A stretch of 64,000 nt of DNA from Angustibacter luteus (GTDB taxonomy: Bacteria > Actinomycetota > Actinomycetes > Actinomycetales > Angustibacteraceae), in assembly GCF_039541115.1 (NCBI RefSeq), contig NZ_BAABFP010000002.1, positions 1-64,000 of the forward strand. Direction: 5' to 3'. Positions 1 through 8,145 of the stretch are shown here, piece after piece (the first letter of the stretch is position 1; the number at the start of each line of letters is the position of its first letter). Both the position numbers and the translations under genes were made by a program. The notes below the pieces were generated by a model. The model searched no databases. It was not told the origin of the DNA and saw only the letters and a list, made by a program, of their open reading frames with translations.

Positions 1-837
1 CGACACCTGCTCCACCACCACCCGCACCGACTCCTGCGCCGCATTCAACGCCGCCGCCATCCGGGCCACCTCGTCGGAGCCGGTCACGTTCGCGCGAGCC
101 GTCAGGTCACCGTCCGCCATCGCGGTCAGGGCGTGCTGCACCTTGCGGATCGGGCGCACGATGGACCGCGTGACGAGAAGGCCTGCCGCGGCGGCCAGGG
201 CCACGGCGACGGCGGCGCAGATGAGCACGACGGTCCACACCAGGGTGGCGTCGTGGTCAGCCTGCGTGGCCAGCGTGGCCGCCCGGGCGTCCGCGTACTT
301 GATCAGCTGCTCGGACTGGGTCAGCAGGGCGGACCACTGGGTGTCCAGGTCCCCGGTGCTGAGCATGTCGTAGGCCGTCTTGGTGCCGGCCGGGGTGTCC
401 GTGCGCAGGGCCGCGATCATCTTGTCCGTCGAGGCGAAGTAGGCGTCCCACAGCGCTGCGGTCTTCGTCGCCGTCGCCTTCTCGGCGGGCGAGAGGTCCA
501 GCGTGCTGAGGCCCTCGAAGATCTTCGCGCCCGCGGCCTTGTCGTCCATGATGCCCTTGACGCTCTCGCCGGCCGGGTCGGCCGCCTTCGAGCCGCCGTC
601 GACGACCGCGTGCATCCACAGGTAGGCCTGCCAGCCGCTGACGTCAGCATCCAGGTAGCGCAGCTCCTGGAGCTGGTCGCGCACGGTCTGCACCTGCTTC
701 ATCTGGGTCCGGGTGTCGGACTGCACGTTCTGACCCCAGAGGCCGACGCCGGCCACGACGGCCAGCAGCAGGCAGACGAGCCCGAAGGCGGCCGCCAGCC
801 GGCGCCCGATGGAGCGGTCGAGACGGAGCAGGTGCAT
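1..837 (-). CDS. Methyl-accepting chemotaxis protein, N-terminal part (TM1, extracellular helical sensor, TM2, HAMP); runs off the window edge
   Basis: Absent from the ORF track; my translation gives MHLLRLDRSIGRRLAAAFGLVCLLLAVVAGVGLWG...VWTVVLICAAVAVALAAAAGLLVTRSIVRPIRKVQHALTAMADGDLTARANVTGSDEVARMAAALNAAQESVR, a HAMP typical of MCPs; GAGG upstream of the ATG. Confidence 0.85.
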   Translation of the reverse strand, partial: MHLLRLDRSIGRRLAAAFGLVCLLLAVVAGVGLWGQNVQSDTRTQMKQVQTVRDQLQELRYLDADVSGWQAYLWMHAVVDGGSKAADPAGESVKGIMDDKAAGAKIFEGLSTLDLSPAEKATATKTAALWDAYFASTDKMIAALRTDTPAGTKTAYDMLSTGDLDTQWSALLTQSEQLIKYADARAATLATQADHDATLVWTVVLICAAVAVALAAAAGLLVTRSIVRPIRKVQHALTAMADGDLTARANVTGSDEVARMAAALNAAQESVRVVVEQVS

Positions 838-884
838 GGCGCAGGTACCTCGTTGCTGTGAAGGGACGACAGGTGTCGCCCTCC

Positions 885-911
885 CCATCGGTCACTACGC
901 CGTTCGGCTGA
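885..911 (-). promoter_or_regulatory. sigma28 (FliA/WhiG)-type promoter of the MCP gene
   Basis: TCAG-N15-ACCGATGG versus the consensus TAAA-N15-GCCGATAA. Confidence 0.65.
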
Positions 912-914
912 GAA

Positions 915-2102
915 CTACAGCGAACCCAGTGCGGAGTCGAGGTCGGCGCGCAGGTCGGCGACGTCCTCGAGCCCCACCGAGAGCCGCACCACGCCGTCCG
1001 TGATGCCGACAGCGGCCCGCCCCTCGGGGCCGAGCCGGCGGTGGGTGGTCGTGGCGGGGTGGGTGATCAGGGACTTCGCGTCACCGAGGTTGTTGCTGAT
1101 GTCGATGCAGGTCAGCGCGTCGAGCACGGTGAACGCCGCGTCCTTGCCGCCGTCCAGCTCGAACGTGATGACGGTGCCGCCGCCCGACATCTGCCGCTTC
1201 GCCAGCTCGACCTGCGGGTGGGAGTCCAGGAACGGGTAGCGCACCCACCTCACCCTCGGGTGCTGCTCGAGGTGGCGGGCCAGGGCCAGGGCGGACGCCG
1301 TCTGGTGCTCCACCCGCAGGCGCAGCGTCTCCAGGCCCTTCACCAGGACCCACGCGTTGAACGGGCTGAGCGAGGGACCCGTGTGCCGCATCATCGTCTG
1401 CACCGGGCCGTCGATGAACTCCTGCGTGCCGAGGACCGCCCCACCCAGCGTGCGCCCCTGACCGTCGATGTGCTTGGTCGCCGAGTACACGACGACGTCC
1501 GCTCCGAGCTCGAGCGGGCGCTGCAGCACCGGGGTGGCGAACACGTTGTCCACCACCACCTGGGCGCCGGTCGCGTGGGCGAGGTCACACACCGCCCGGA
1601 CGTCGATCAGCTCCTGCATCGGGTTGGACGGCGACTCGAAGAACACGGCCGTCGCGGGCGTGCTGAGCGCCGCACGCCACTGGTCGAGGTCGTGCCCGTC
1701 GACGAAGTCCGTGTGCACCCCGAACCGCGGCAGGATCTCGTCCAGGATCACGAAGCACGAACCGAACAGGCTGCGCGCCGCCACCACCCGGTCACCGGCC
1801 GAGACCAGGGCCGCCATGGCGACCCAGACCGCAGCCATGCCGCTGGCCGTCGCGTAGCAGGCGGGCGCGCCCTCGATCTGCCGCAGCCGCTCCTCGAACG
1901 CTGCCACGGTGGGGTTCGCGTAGCGGGAGTAGACGAACCGGTCGACCTCACCGGCGAACGCGGCCTCGGCGTCCGCGGCCCGCTCGTAGACGAACCCGGA
2001 GGTCAGGTAGAGGGCCTCCGCGGTCTCCTCGAAGCCGGAGCGGTCCAGCCCGGCCCGGACGGCCCGGGTGTCCGGCCGCCAGCCCTCGCGGGGATCGCTC
2101 AC
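915..2102 (-). CDS. metZ: O-succinylhomoserine sulfhydrylase (Cys/Met PLP enzyme)
   Basis: ETAEALYLTSGFVY, YSRYANPT, VVDNVFATP, YSATKHIDGQGR (PLP Lys), NNLGDAKSLITHPATTTH. Confidence 0.92.
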   Translation of the reverse strand: MSDPREGWRPDTRAVRAGLDRSGFEETAEALYLTSGFVYERAADAEAAFAGEVDRFVYSRYANPTVAAFEERLRQIEGAPACYATASGMAAVWVAMAALVSAGDRVVAARSLFGSCFVILDEILPRFGVHTDFVDGHDLDQWRAALSTPATAVFFESPSNPMQELIDVRAVCDLAHATGAQVVVDNVFATPVLQRPLELGADVVVYSATKHIDGQGRTLGGAVLGTQEFIDGPVQTMMRHTGPSLSPFNAWVLVKGLETLRLRVEHQTASALALARHLEQHPRVRWVRYPFLDSHPQVELAKRQMSGGGTVITFELDGGKDAAFTVLDALTCIDISNNLGDAKSLITHPATTTHRRLGPEGRAAVGITDGVVRLSVGLEDVADLRADLDSALGSL

Positions 2103-2287
2103 GCCACGCCCTCCGGCAGCAGGACCGCCTGGGCGACGACGACGCGCCCGTCCACGGACGTGATGGACGGCGAGCCGTACAGCTCGTAGCCCTCGGCCAG
2201 GGCCGCGCTCACCCGCTCGCAGAAGGTGCGGTCGTCCGGACCGGACAGCAGCCGGTAGCGCAGACGCTCCGCGGAAACCTCAGTCAT
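2099..2287 (-). CDS. Small DUF1737-like protein (62 aa)
   Basis: YRLLSGPDDRTFCERVSAALAEGYELYGSPSIT...VVAQAV; stop overlaps the metZ GTG. Confidence 0.8.
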   Translation of the reverse strand: MTEVSAERLRYRLLSGPDDRTFCERVSAALAEGYELYGSPSITSVDGRVVVAQAVLLPEGVA

Positions 2288-2292
2288 GAGGG

Positions 2293-3474
2293 TCAGCGTA
2301 GGGCGAGGCCCGCAGCGTGCAGGTGGCCCGTCTCGTTGAACGAGACGAGCGAGGCGCCGCCGTCGGACCACCAGCGCGTGGTCGACAGGGACGCCGGGCT
2401 GGACTCCATCCGCCACACCACCTCGGCCGGCGCGCCCATCGCCTCGCGGGCCATCGTCTTGATCGGTCCGGCGTGCGTGACGACGAGGACGCGACCCCGC
2501 GGGTGACCCGCTACCGTCCGGTCCCGAACCCGGCGGATGCGTGCGTCGAGCTCGTCGAAGCTCTCTCCGCCGGGAGCCGCGACGCCCGTCGAGGCGAGCC
2601 ACGCGCGGTACTCCCGCGGCCATCGCTCGGCGACCTCCGCGCTGGTCAGCCCCTCCCAGTCGCCGAACTCGCACTCGGTCCAGGCGGCGTCGGTGCGGAC
2701 GTCGACACCGAGCCGGGCGGCGACGACCTCCGCGGTCTGCTGGGCGCGCATCATGGGCGAGGCCACCACCGCCTCGAACGGCTCGACCGCCGCGAGCGCC
2801 GCGAGCGCCTCGGCCGCGGCCCCGGCCTGGGCGCGTCCCAGCTCGGTGAGCTCGGGCCCGACGCCGCTGCTGGATCCGCTGAACCGCCGGTCCACCGTGT
2901 GCGCGGTCACCCCGTGTCGGAGCAGGACCAGCGTCGCCGCGGCGCCGACGTCCGGCGGCCCGGCGGGCGCTGCGCCCCCGACCTTCAGCGGCGACCTCGG
3001 CGAGGGTTGCTGAGCGGGCGCCCCGGCGATCGTCTCGATCGCGCTGCCCCGCCAGGGCAGCCCGCGGGCCGCGTCGTCCATCGCCTCGTTGGCCAGCCGG
3101 TCCGCCGCCTTGTTCCGCTCCCGCGGGATCCACGTGTAGCTCACCTGGGACGGGTCGACGACGTCCCGGGCCTGCGCGGCGAGCCGGCGCATGTCCTCGT
3201 GCTTGATCTTCCACCGGCCGGACATCTGCTCGACGACGAGCTTGGAGTCCATCCGGACCTCGATGCGCGCGTCCGGGTCGATCTCGACGGCTGCCTTCAG
3301 GCCGGCGACGAGGCCGCCGTACTCGGCCACGTTGTTGCTCGCCACGCCGATGGGCTCCGCGCGCTCGGCGAGCACCTCACCGGTCTGTGCGTCACGCACC
3401 AGCGCGCCGTAGGCCGCCGGGCCGGGGTTGCCGCGCGAGCCGCCGTCCGCCTCGACGACGAGCCGGCGGCTCAC
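2293..3474 (-). CDS. Bifunctional RNase HI / histidine (acid) phosphatase, Rv2228c-like
   Basis: ADGGSRGNPGPA, NNVAEY, DSKLVV, NKAADRLAN, then LLRHG and VVTHAGPI; GTG start overlaps the upstream stop. Confidence 0.92.
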   Translation of the reverse strand: MSRRLVVEADGGSRGNPGPAAYGALVRDAQTGEVLAERAEPIGVASNNVAEYGGLVAGLKAAVEIDPDARIEVRMDSKLVVEQMSGRWKIKHEDMRRLAAQARDVVDPSQVSYTWIPRERNKAADRLANEAMDDAARGLPWRGSAIETIAGAPAQQPSPRSPLKVGGAAPAGPPDVGAAATLVLLRHGVTAHTVDRRFSGSSSGVGPELTELGRAQAGAAAEALAALAAVEPFEAVVASPMMRAQQTAEVVAARLGVDVRTDAAWTECEFGDWEGLTSAEVAERWPREYRAWLASTGVAAPGGESFDELDARIRRVRDRTVAGHPRGRVLVVTHAGPIKTMAREAMGAPAEVVWRMESSPASLSTTRWWSDGGASLVSFNETGHLHAAGLALR

Positions 3475-4208
3475 AGCCCGGACTCGCCCGTCCGCACCAG
3501 GATCCGGCGGCACTCCTCGCAGCGCACGACGTCGTCGTCCGCGGCGGCGCGGATGCGCTGCATGTCCTGCGGGTTCAGCTCGAGCCGGCAGCCCTCGCAG
3601 CGACGGGCCCGCAGCATCGCGGCGCCGGTGCCGGTGCTCTCCCGGATCTTCTCGTAGAGGGCGAGCAGGGCAGCGTCCAACCCGAGCACCATGCCGGAGC
3701 GCTCGCGCTCCAGCCGCAGCCTCTCGTCGGCCAGCTTGCCGAGGGCCGCGTCGCGACGCTCGGTGACCTGGCTCGCCGTCGCCGCCAGCTCGGCCTGCTG
3801 CGCGCTCAGCCGCTCGACGTCGGCGCCGGCCCCCTCGAGCCGCTCCATGACCTCGAGCTCGACGTCCTCCAGGTCGCCCTGCCGCCGGGCGAGGGTGGCG
3901 ATCTCGTGCTGCAACGACTCCAGGTCCTTGTGCCCGCCCTGCCCGGAGTCGAGCCGAGCCTGGTCCCGGGCCGCCCGCTGGCGCACCTGCTCCACGTCGG
4001 CCTCGGCCTTGACGAACTCGCGCTGGGTGTCGCTGGCGACGGTCTGCGCCCGCACGAGGTCGTCACGCACCGCGCTGATCTGCTGCTCGAGGTCGGCCAG
4101 CTCGGCGTGCTCGGGAAGCGTCCGCTCGCTGTGCGCGATCTGCTGCATCCGGGTGTCGACGCCTTGCACGTCGAGCAGGCGCCACTGGTCGGTCGTCGGT
4201 GCCTTCAG
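3471..4208 (-). CDS. Coiled-coil + C4 zinc-ribbon protein (Rv2229c-like), probable CTG start
   Basis: CEGC...CEECRRIL; the frame extends upstream as (M)KAPTTDQWRLLDVQ to a CTG overlapping the Nif3 TGA, preceded by GGGAG. Confidence 0.88.
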   Translation of the reverse strand: MKAPTTDQWRLLDVQGVDTRMQQIAHSERTLPEHAELADLEQQISAVRDDLVRAQTVASDTQREFVKAEADVEQVRQRAARDQARLDSGQGGHKDLESLQHEIATLARRQGDLEDVELEVMERLEGAGADVERLSAQQAELAATASQVTERRDAALGKLADERLRLERERSGMVLGLDAALLALYEKIRESTGTGAAMLRARRCEGCRLELNPQDMQRIRAAADDDVVRCEECRRILVRTGESGL

Positions 4209-5392
4209 GGTGTGCTCCCTCTACTGGGGACGTGCATGGTCCAGGGGTCCGTGCGAGTCGTGCTCACGCGGGTCTCCACCGTACTGCCCGCCTCGCCGAG
4301 GGCCGCGACGATCCGGCTCTCGCAGCCGGCCAGCCACGGCCACTCGCTGGCCCAGTGGGAGACGTCCACCAGGTAGGGGCGTCCGTCGCCGGCGCTCTCG
4401 CGAGCCTCCGACGCGGGGTGGTGGCGCAGGTCGGCCGTCAGGTAGACGTCGGCACCGCTGGCCCGGACGGCGTCGAACAGGTCGTCGCCCGCTCCGCCGG
4501 CGACCGCGACCCGCTGCACCAGCGCGTCCTTGTCGCCGCTGACCCGCACACCCTGCACCGTGAACGGCAGTGCGCTGGACACCAACCGGGCGAACTGGTC
4601 CAGGGTCACCGGCTCGGCCAGGACGCCGACGCGCCCCACCCCGGTGCCGTGGCCCATGTCCGCGAGCTCGAGGACGTCGAAGGCCGGCTCCTCGTAGGGG
4701 TGCGCGGCGCGCAGCGCCTGGACGACGTCGGGACGACGGTACCGGGGTAGCACCATCTCGACCCGGGTCTCGTCGAGCGTCTCGACGTCCCCGACCTTTC
4801 CCACCGCCGGCTTCGCCCCCTCCCCCGGCGTGAACGTGCCGCTGCCCGTCGACGTCCAGGCGCACCGGCTGTAGTCGCCGAGCTCACCCGCGCCGGCGGC
4901 GGCCAGCGCGTCCACCACGGCGTCCGCGGACGCGGTCGGGACGAACACCACGATCTTGTCGAGCGCCTCGAGCGGCTGCGGGCTCAGCGGCTGCAGCTCG
5001 TCCAGGCCGAGGACCCGAGCCAGCGCGTCGCTCACGCCCGGCATGGCGATGTCGGCGTTGGTGTGCGCGACGTACAGCGCACACCCCGCCCGGATCAGCC
5101 GGTGCACGATCCGGCCCTTGGCGCTGGTTGCCGCGACCGAGCTGACGGCGCGCAGCAGCAGCGGGTGGTGTGCGACCAGCAGGTCGGCGTCCCACTCGAT
5201 GGCCTCGTCGACGACGGCGGTCGTCGGGTCGACGGCGAACAGGATCTTGCGCACCGGTTGGTCGGGGTCGCCGCAGACCAGCCCGACCGCGTCCCAGTCC
5301 ATCGCGCTGCCGGTCGGGTAGAGGTCGGCCAGCCCCGCCATCACCTCGGCCAGGGTCGGCGGCCGCACCTGCTGCGCGTCGGAGTCGCTCAC
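4205..5392 (-). CDS. Nif3-like dinuclear metal centre protein with inserted PII-like domain
   Basis: WDAVGL, HHPL, HTNAD, HPYEEPAFD, TADLRHH, SHWASE. Confidence 0.92.
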   Translation of the reverse strand: MSDSDAQQVRPPTLAEVMAGLADLYPTGSAMDWDAVGLVCGDPDQPVRKILFAVDPTTAVVDEAIEWDADLLVAHHPLLLRAVSSVAATSAKGRIVHRLIRAGCALYVAHTNADIAMPGVSDALARVLGLDELQPLSPQPLEALDKIVVFVPTASADAVVDALAAAGAGELGDYSRCAWTSTGSGTFTPGEGAKPAVGKVGDVETLDETRVEMVLPRYRRPDVVQALRAAHPYEEPAFDVLELADMGHGTGVGRVGVLAEPVTLDQFARLVSSALPFTVQGVRVSGDKDALVQRVAVAGGAGDDLFDAVRASGADVYLTADLRHHPASEARESAGDGRPYLVDVSHWASEWPWLAGCESRIVAALGEAGSTVETRVSTTRTDPWTMHVPSRGSTP

Positions 5393-5468
5393 GGGAGGAA
5401 ACCTATCGCCCAGCAGGCAGCTGTCGGCAGCATCCGCGCGCCGCGACGTCTCGGACGACCCGGTGTAG

Positions 5469-5544
5469 TGGTGGGCCCGGCCGGGTTCGAACCGACGACA
5501 CCCGCGGTGTAAACGCGGTGCTCTACCAGCTGAGCTACAGGCCC
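5469..5544 (-). tRNA. tRNA-Val(TAC)
   Basis: GGGCCTGTAGCTCAGCTGGTAGAGCACCGCGTTTACACCGCGGGTGTCGTCGGTTCGAACCCGGCCGGGCCCACCA; 76-nt cloverleaf with encoded CCA. Confidence 0.97.
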
Positions 5545-5589
5545 CAACCGCCCGGACCGGCCGGGCGGCACGTCGTCACGCCGTCGTCG

Positions 5590-6057
5590 TCACAGCGCGG
5601 CGATCGCCTCACGGTACGCGTTCGGGTCGCGCGCCTCGCCCGGACCGTGCACCAGGCTCCAGGCCAGGTTGCCGTCCCCGCCGACCAGGAACGTGCCACG
5701 GGTCGCCATGCCGAAGTCGGGCAGGAAGACGCCGTACGCGCTCGCGGCCGCGCCGTGCGGCCAGAAGTCGGACAGCAGCGGGAACTCGTAGCCCTGGTCG
5801 GCGGACCAGGCGCGCAGCGAGTGCACGGGGTCGCACGAGATCCCGAGCAGCTGGACGTCGTCGTTCTGGAACGCGGACAGGTCGTCGCGCAGCTCGCACA
5901 GCTCACCCGTGCAGGTGCCGCTGAAGGCGAACGGGTAGAACACGAGCAGGACGGCGCGCTCGCCGCGGAACGCCGACAGCGTGACCTCCTCACCGTGCTG
6001 GCTCTTCAGGGTGAAGTCCGGTGCGGGGTCACCGACGGTCAGGGTGGGCTCGGTCAT
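5590..6057 (-). CDS. Peroxiredoxin, AhpE-like
   Basis: GDPAPDFTL, FYPFAFSGTCTGELC, LLSDFWPHG; GAGG before ATG 6057. Confidence 0.9.
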   Translation of the reverse strand: MTEPTLTVGDPAPDFTLKSQHGEEVTLSAFRGERAVLLVFYPFAFSGTCTGELCELRDDLSAFQNDDVQLLGISCDPVHSLRAWSADQGYEFPLLSDFWPHGAAASAYGVFLPDFGMATRGTFLVGGDGNLAWSLVHGPGEARDPNAYREAIAAL

Positions 6058-6098
6058 GGAGGATCCTCTCGGGACTGCGAGGGCGGGTCGGTACAGGA

Positions 6099-6527
6099 CT
6101 ACTTGCGGCCGGAGCGCGGAGCGACGAGCTGGGTGGCGCTCCAGTCCTGCCCGGCGCTGAACGTCGAGGTGCCGTGCAGGCCGGCGGCCAGGGCCGCCTC
6201 GACGACCTCGCTCGGCGGGACGTGACCCTCGCGGCCAGCCTTCGGCGTGAGCAGGACGACGGAACCGCGCTCGCCGAGGTTCGTCAGGGCGTCCACGAGC
6301 GCATCCACGAGGTCGCCCTCGTCGTCCGCCCACCAGAGCAGCACGACGTCGGCCACCTCGTCGGCTTCTTCGTCCAGCAGGTCGGAGTCGACCGCGTCCT
6401 CGATGGCCACGCGGATCTCGTCGTCGACCTCCTCGTGCCAACCCAGCTCCTGCACGACCTGACCCCGTTGCAGACCCAGACGCCCGACGAGCCCCCGGTC
6501 GGCCGCGTCGTCCGCGGTGGCACTCAC
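6099..6527 (-). CDS. DUF3052 family protein
   Basis: RLGL..GQVVQELGW...DVVLLWW..DEGDLVDALVD...LLTPKAGR; usual position between aceE and the peroxiredoxin; AGGAG RBS. Confidence 0.85.
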   Translation of the reverse strand: MSATADDAADRGLVGRLGLQRGQVVQELGWHEEVDDEIRVAIEDAVDSDLLDEEADEVADVVLLWWADDEGDLVDALVDALTNLGERGSVVLLTPKAGREGHVPPSEVVEAALAAGLHGTSTFSAGQDWSATQLVAPRSGRK

Positions 6528-6769
6528 GATTCCCACTCCTCGCCTACGAGCCTCACTGAGCCCGGCGTTGCTGCCGGACCCGCGCGGGATGCCCCGCGTG
6601 TGCCCGTAGTCCACTAGAGGGGGACGGATCGCGCAAGCGCCTGTCCACAGGGAGGGCCTCTGCGTGTCGCGAATACCGGCACAACGGCGGACATTCACGG
6701 GCTCGCCCGGTGTCCCGCTGGCCCACCGTCCGGCTGTGCGGCTGCCCGCAGCCGTGCGAGGCTGACGGC

Positions 6770-7606
6770 ATGGGACGCATCACGACGCGGACGCCGGTGC
6801 AGCGCGTCACGCTCGACGGCGACCAGGTCTCGGTGGTGCGCCGACCTGACACGGTGACCGTCGAGGAGCCCCTGCAGGTCCGGGTGGACGGCCGCCCGCT
6901 GACCGTGACGATGCGAACGCCCGGGGACGACTTCGACCTGGCGCTCGGGTTCCTGGTCGGTGAGGGCCTGGTGTCGGGGGCGGACGACGTCCGGACGCTC
7001 ATGCACTGCCTGGACGAGGACGCCGACGGCCACCCCACCTACAACGTGGTGGACGTCGCCCTCAGCCCCGGCGTGGTGCTGCCGGAGGTCTCGCTCGAGC
7101 GGTCGTTCGCCTCGACGTCCGCCTGCGGGGTGTGCGGGACGACGAGCATCGACGCGGTGCGCCGCCGGTCGCCGTACGACGTCGCGGCGGACCGCACGCC
7201 GATCGCGCCGCAGGTGCTGGCCGACCTGCCGGAAGCGTTGGCGCGGGAGCAGGCCGCGTTCGAGCGGACCGGCGGGCTGCACGCGGCCGGGCTGTTCACC
7301 GCCGCGGGCGAGCTGCTGGTGGTGCGCGAGGACGTCGGCCGGCACAACGCGGTGGACAAGGTCGTGGGCTGGGCCGCCCGCGAGCACCGGCTGCCGCTGG
7401 CCGGGCACGTCCTCGTGGTCAGCAGCCGGGCGTCCTTCGAGCTCACCCAGAAGGCCGTGATGGCCGGGATCCCTTGTCTCGCAGCGATCTCGGCGCCGTC
7501 CAGCCTCGCCATCGAGCTGGCCGAGCAGTCCGGACTGACCCTGGTGGGCTTCCTGCGGCCGCCCCGGCTGAGCGTCTACGCGGGCGGCGACCGACTGGGG
7601 CTGTAA
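6770..7606 (+). CDS. fdhD: Formate dehydrogenase accessory sulfurtransferase
   Basis: VEEPL, TMRTPG, SACGVCG, TGGLHAA, REDVGRHNAVDK, SAPSSLA. Confidence 0.93.
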   Translation: MGRITTRTPVQRVTLDGDQVSVVRRPDTVTVEEPLQVRVDGRPLTVTMRTPGDDFDLALGFLVGEGLVSGADDVRTLMHCLDEDADGHPTYNVVDVALSPGVVLPEVSLERSFASTSACGVCGTTSIDAVRRRSPYDVAADRTPIAPQVLADLPEALAREQAAFERTGGLHAAGLFTAAGELLVVREDVGRHNAVDKVVGWAAREHRLPLAGHVLVVSSRASFELTQKAVMAGIPCLAAISAPSSLAIELAEQSGLTLVGFLRPPRLSVYAGGDRLGL

Positions 7607-7619
7607 GTCGGCCGGCCGG

Positions 7620-8042
7620 TCAGCCGGCGAGGAACGACAGGCGGACCCGGCGGTCGGGGTTGTCCACGTTGGTGTCGACGAGCACCACGCTCTGCCAGGT
7701 GCCGAGCACGAGGCGTCCGCCGAGCACCGGCAGCGTGGCGTACGGCGGGACCAGGCCGGGCAGCACGTGGTCGCGCCCGTGCCCGGGCGAGCCGTGCCGG
7801 TGCCGCCAGCCGCGACCGGCCGGCCCGGACGGCGGCAGCACGTCGCGCAGCGCGGCGAGCAGGTCGTCGTCGCTGCCCGCACCGGTCTCGATGACCGCGA
7901 CGCCGGCCGTCGCGTGCGGCACGAACACGTGCAGCAGACCGTCTCCGGCGCCGACGTCCGCGAGGAACTGCTCGCACCGCGAGGTCAGGTCGACGACCCG
8001 CTCGACCGCACCCGTGTGCACGTTCAGCTCGAGGCTCTCCAC
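7620..8042 (-). CDS. yjbQ: YjbQ/UPF0047 family protein
   Basis: HATAG, HRHGSPGHGRDH, LGTWQSV. Confidence 0.88.
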   Translation of the reverse strand: MESLELNVHTGAVERVVDLTSRCEQFLADVGAGDGLLHVFVPHATAGVAVIETGAGSDDDLLAALRDVLPPSGPAGRGWRHRHGSPGHGRDHVLPGLVPPYATLPVLGGRLVLGTWQSVVLVDTNVDNPDRRVRLSFLAG

Positions 8043-8145
8043 GCCGCCGACCCTAGCCGCGGACCGGCTACCGGTGGGTAGATGTGACGCGCCGGGCGGC
8101 GAGGGGCAGGATGGTGCCGTCTACGGATCGTGAGAGAGGACGACA

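Noticed and set aside
2099..3214. 371-aa ORF or a SAM riboswitch upstream of metZ
   Set aside because: Only the last 62 codons look genuine; the rest overlaps the RNase H gene, and no intergenic space exists for a riboswitch
5469..5544. tRNA-Val as an integration site for an island
   Set aside because: No integrase, no duplicated tRNA 3' end seen, and core genes on both sides
5590..6441. 283-aa extended peroxiredoxin
   Set aside because: The extension overlaps DUF3052 in another frame; ATG 6057 has an RBS and gives a normal length
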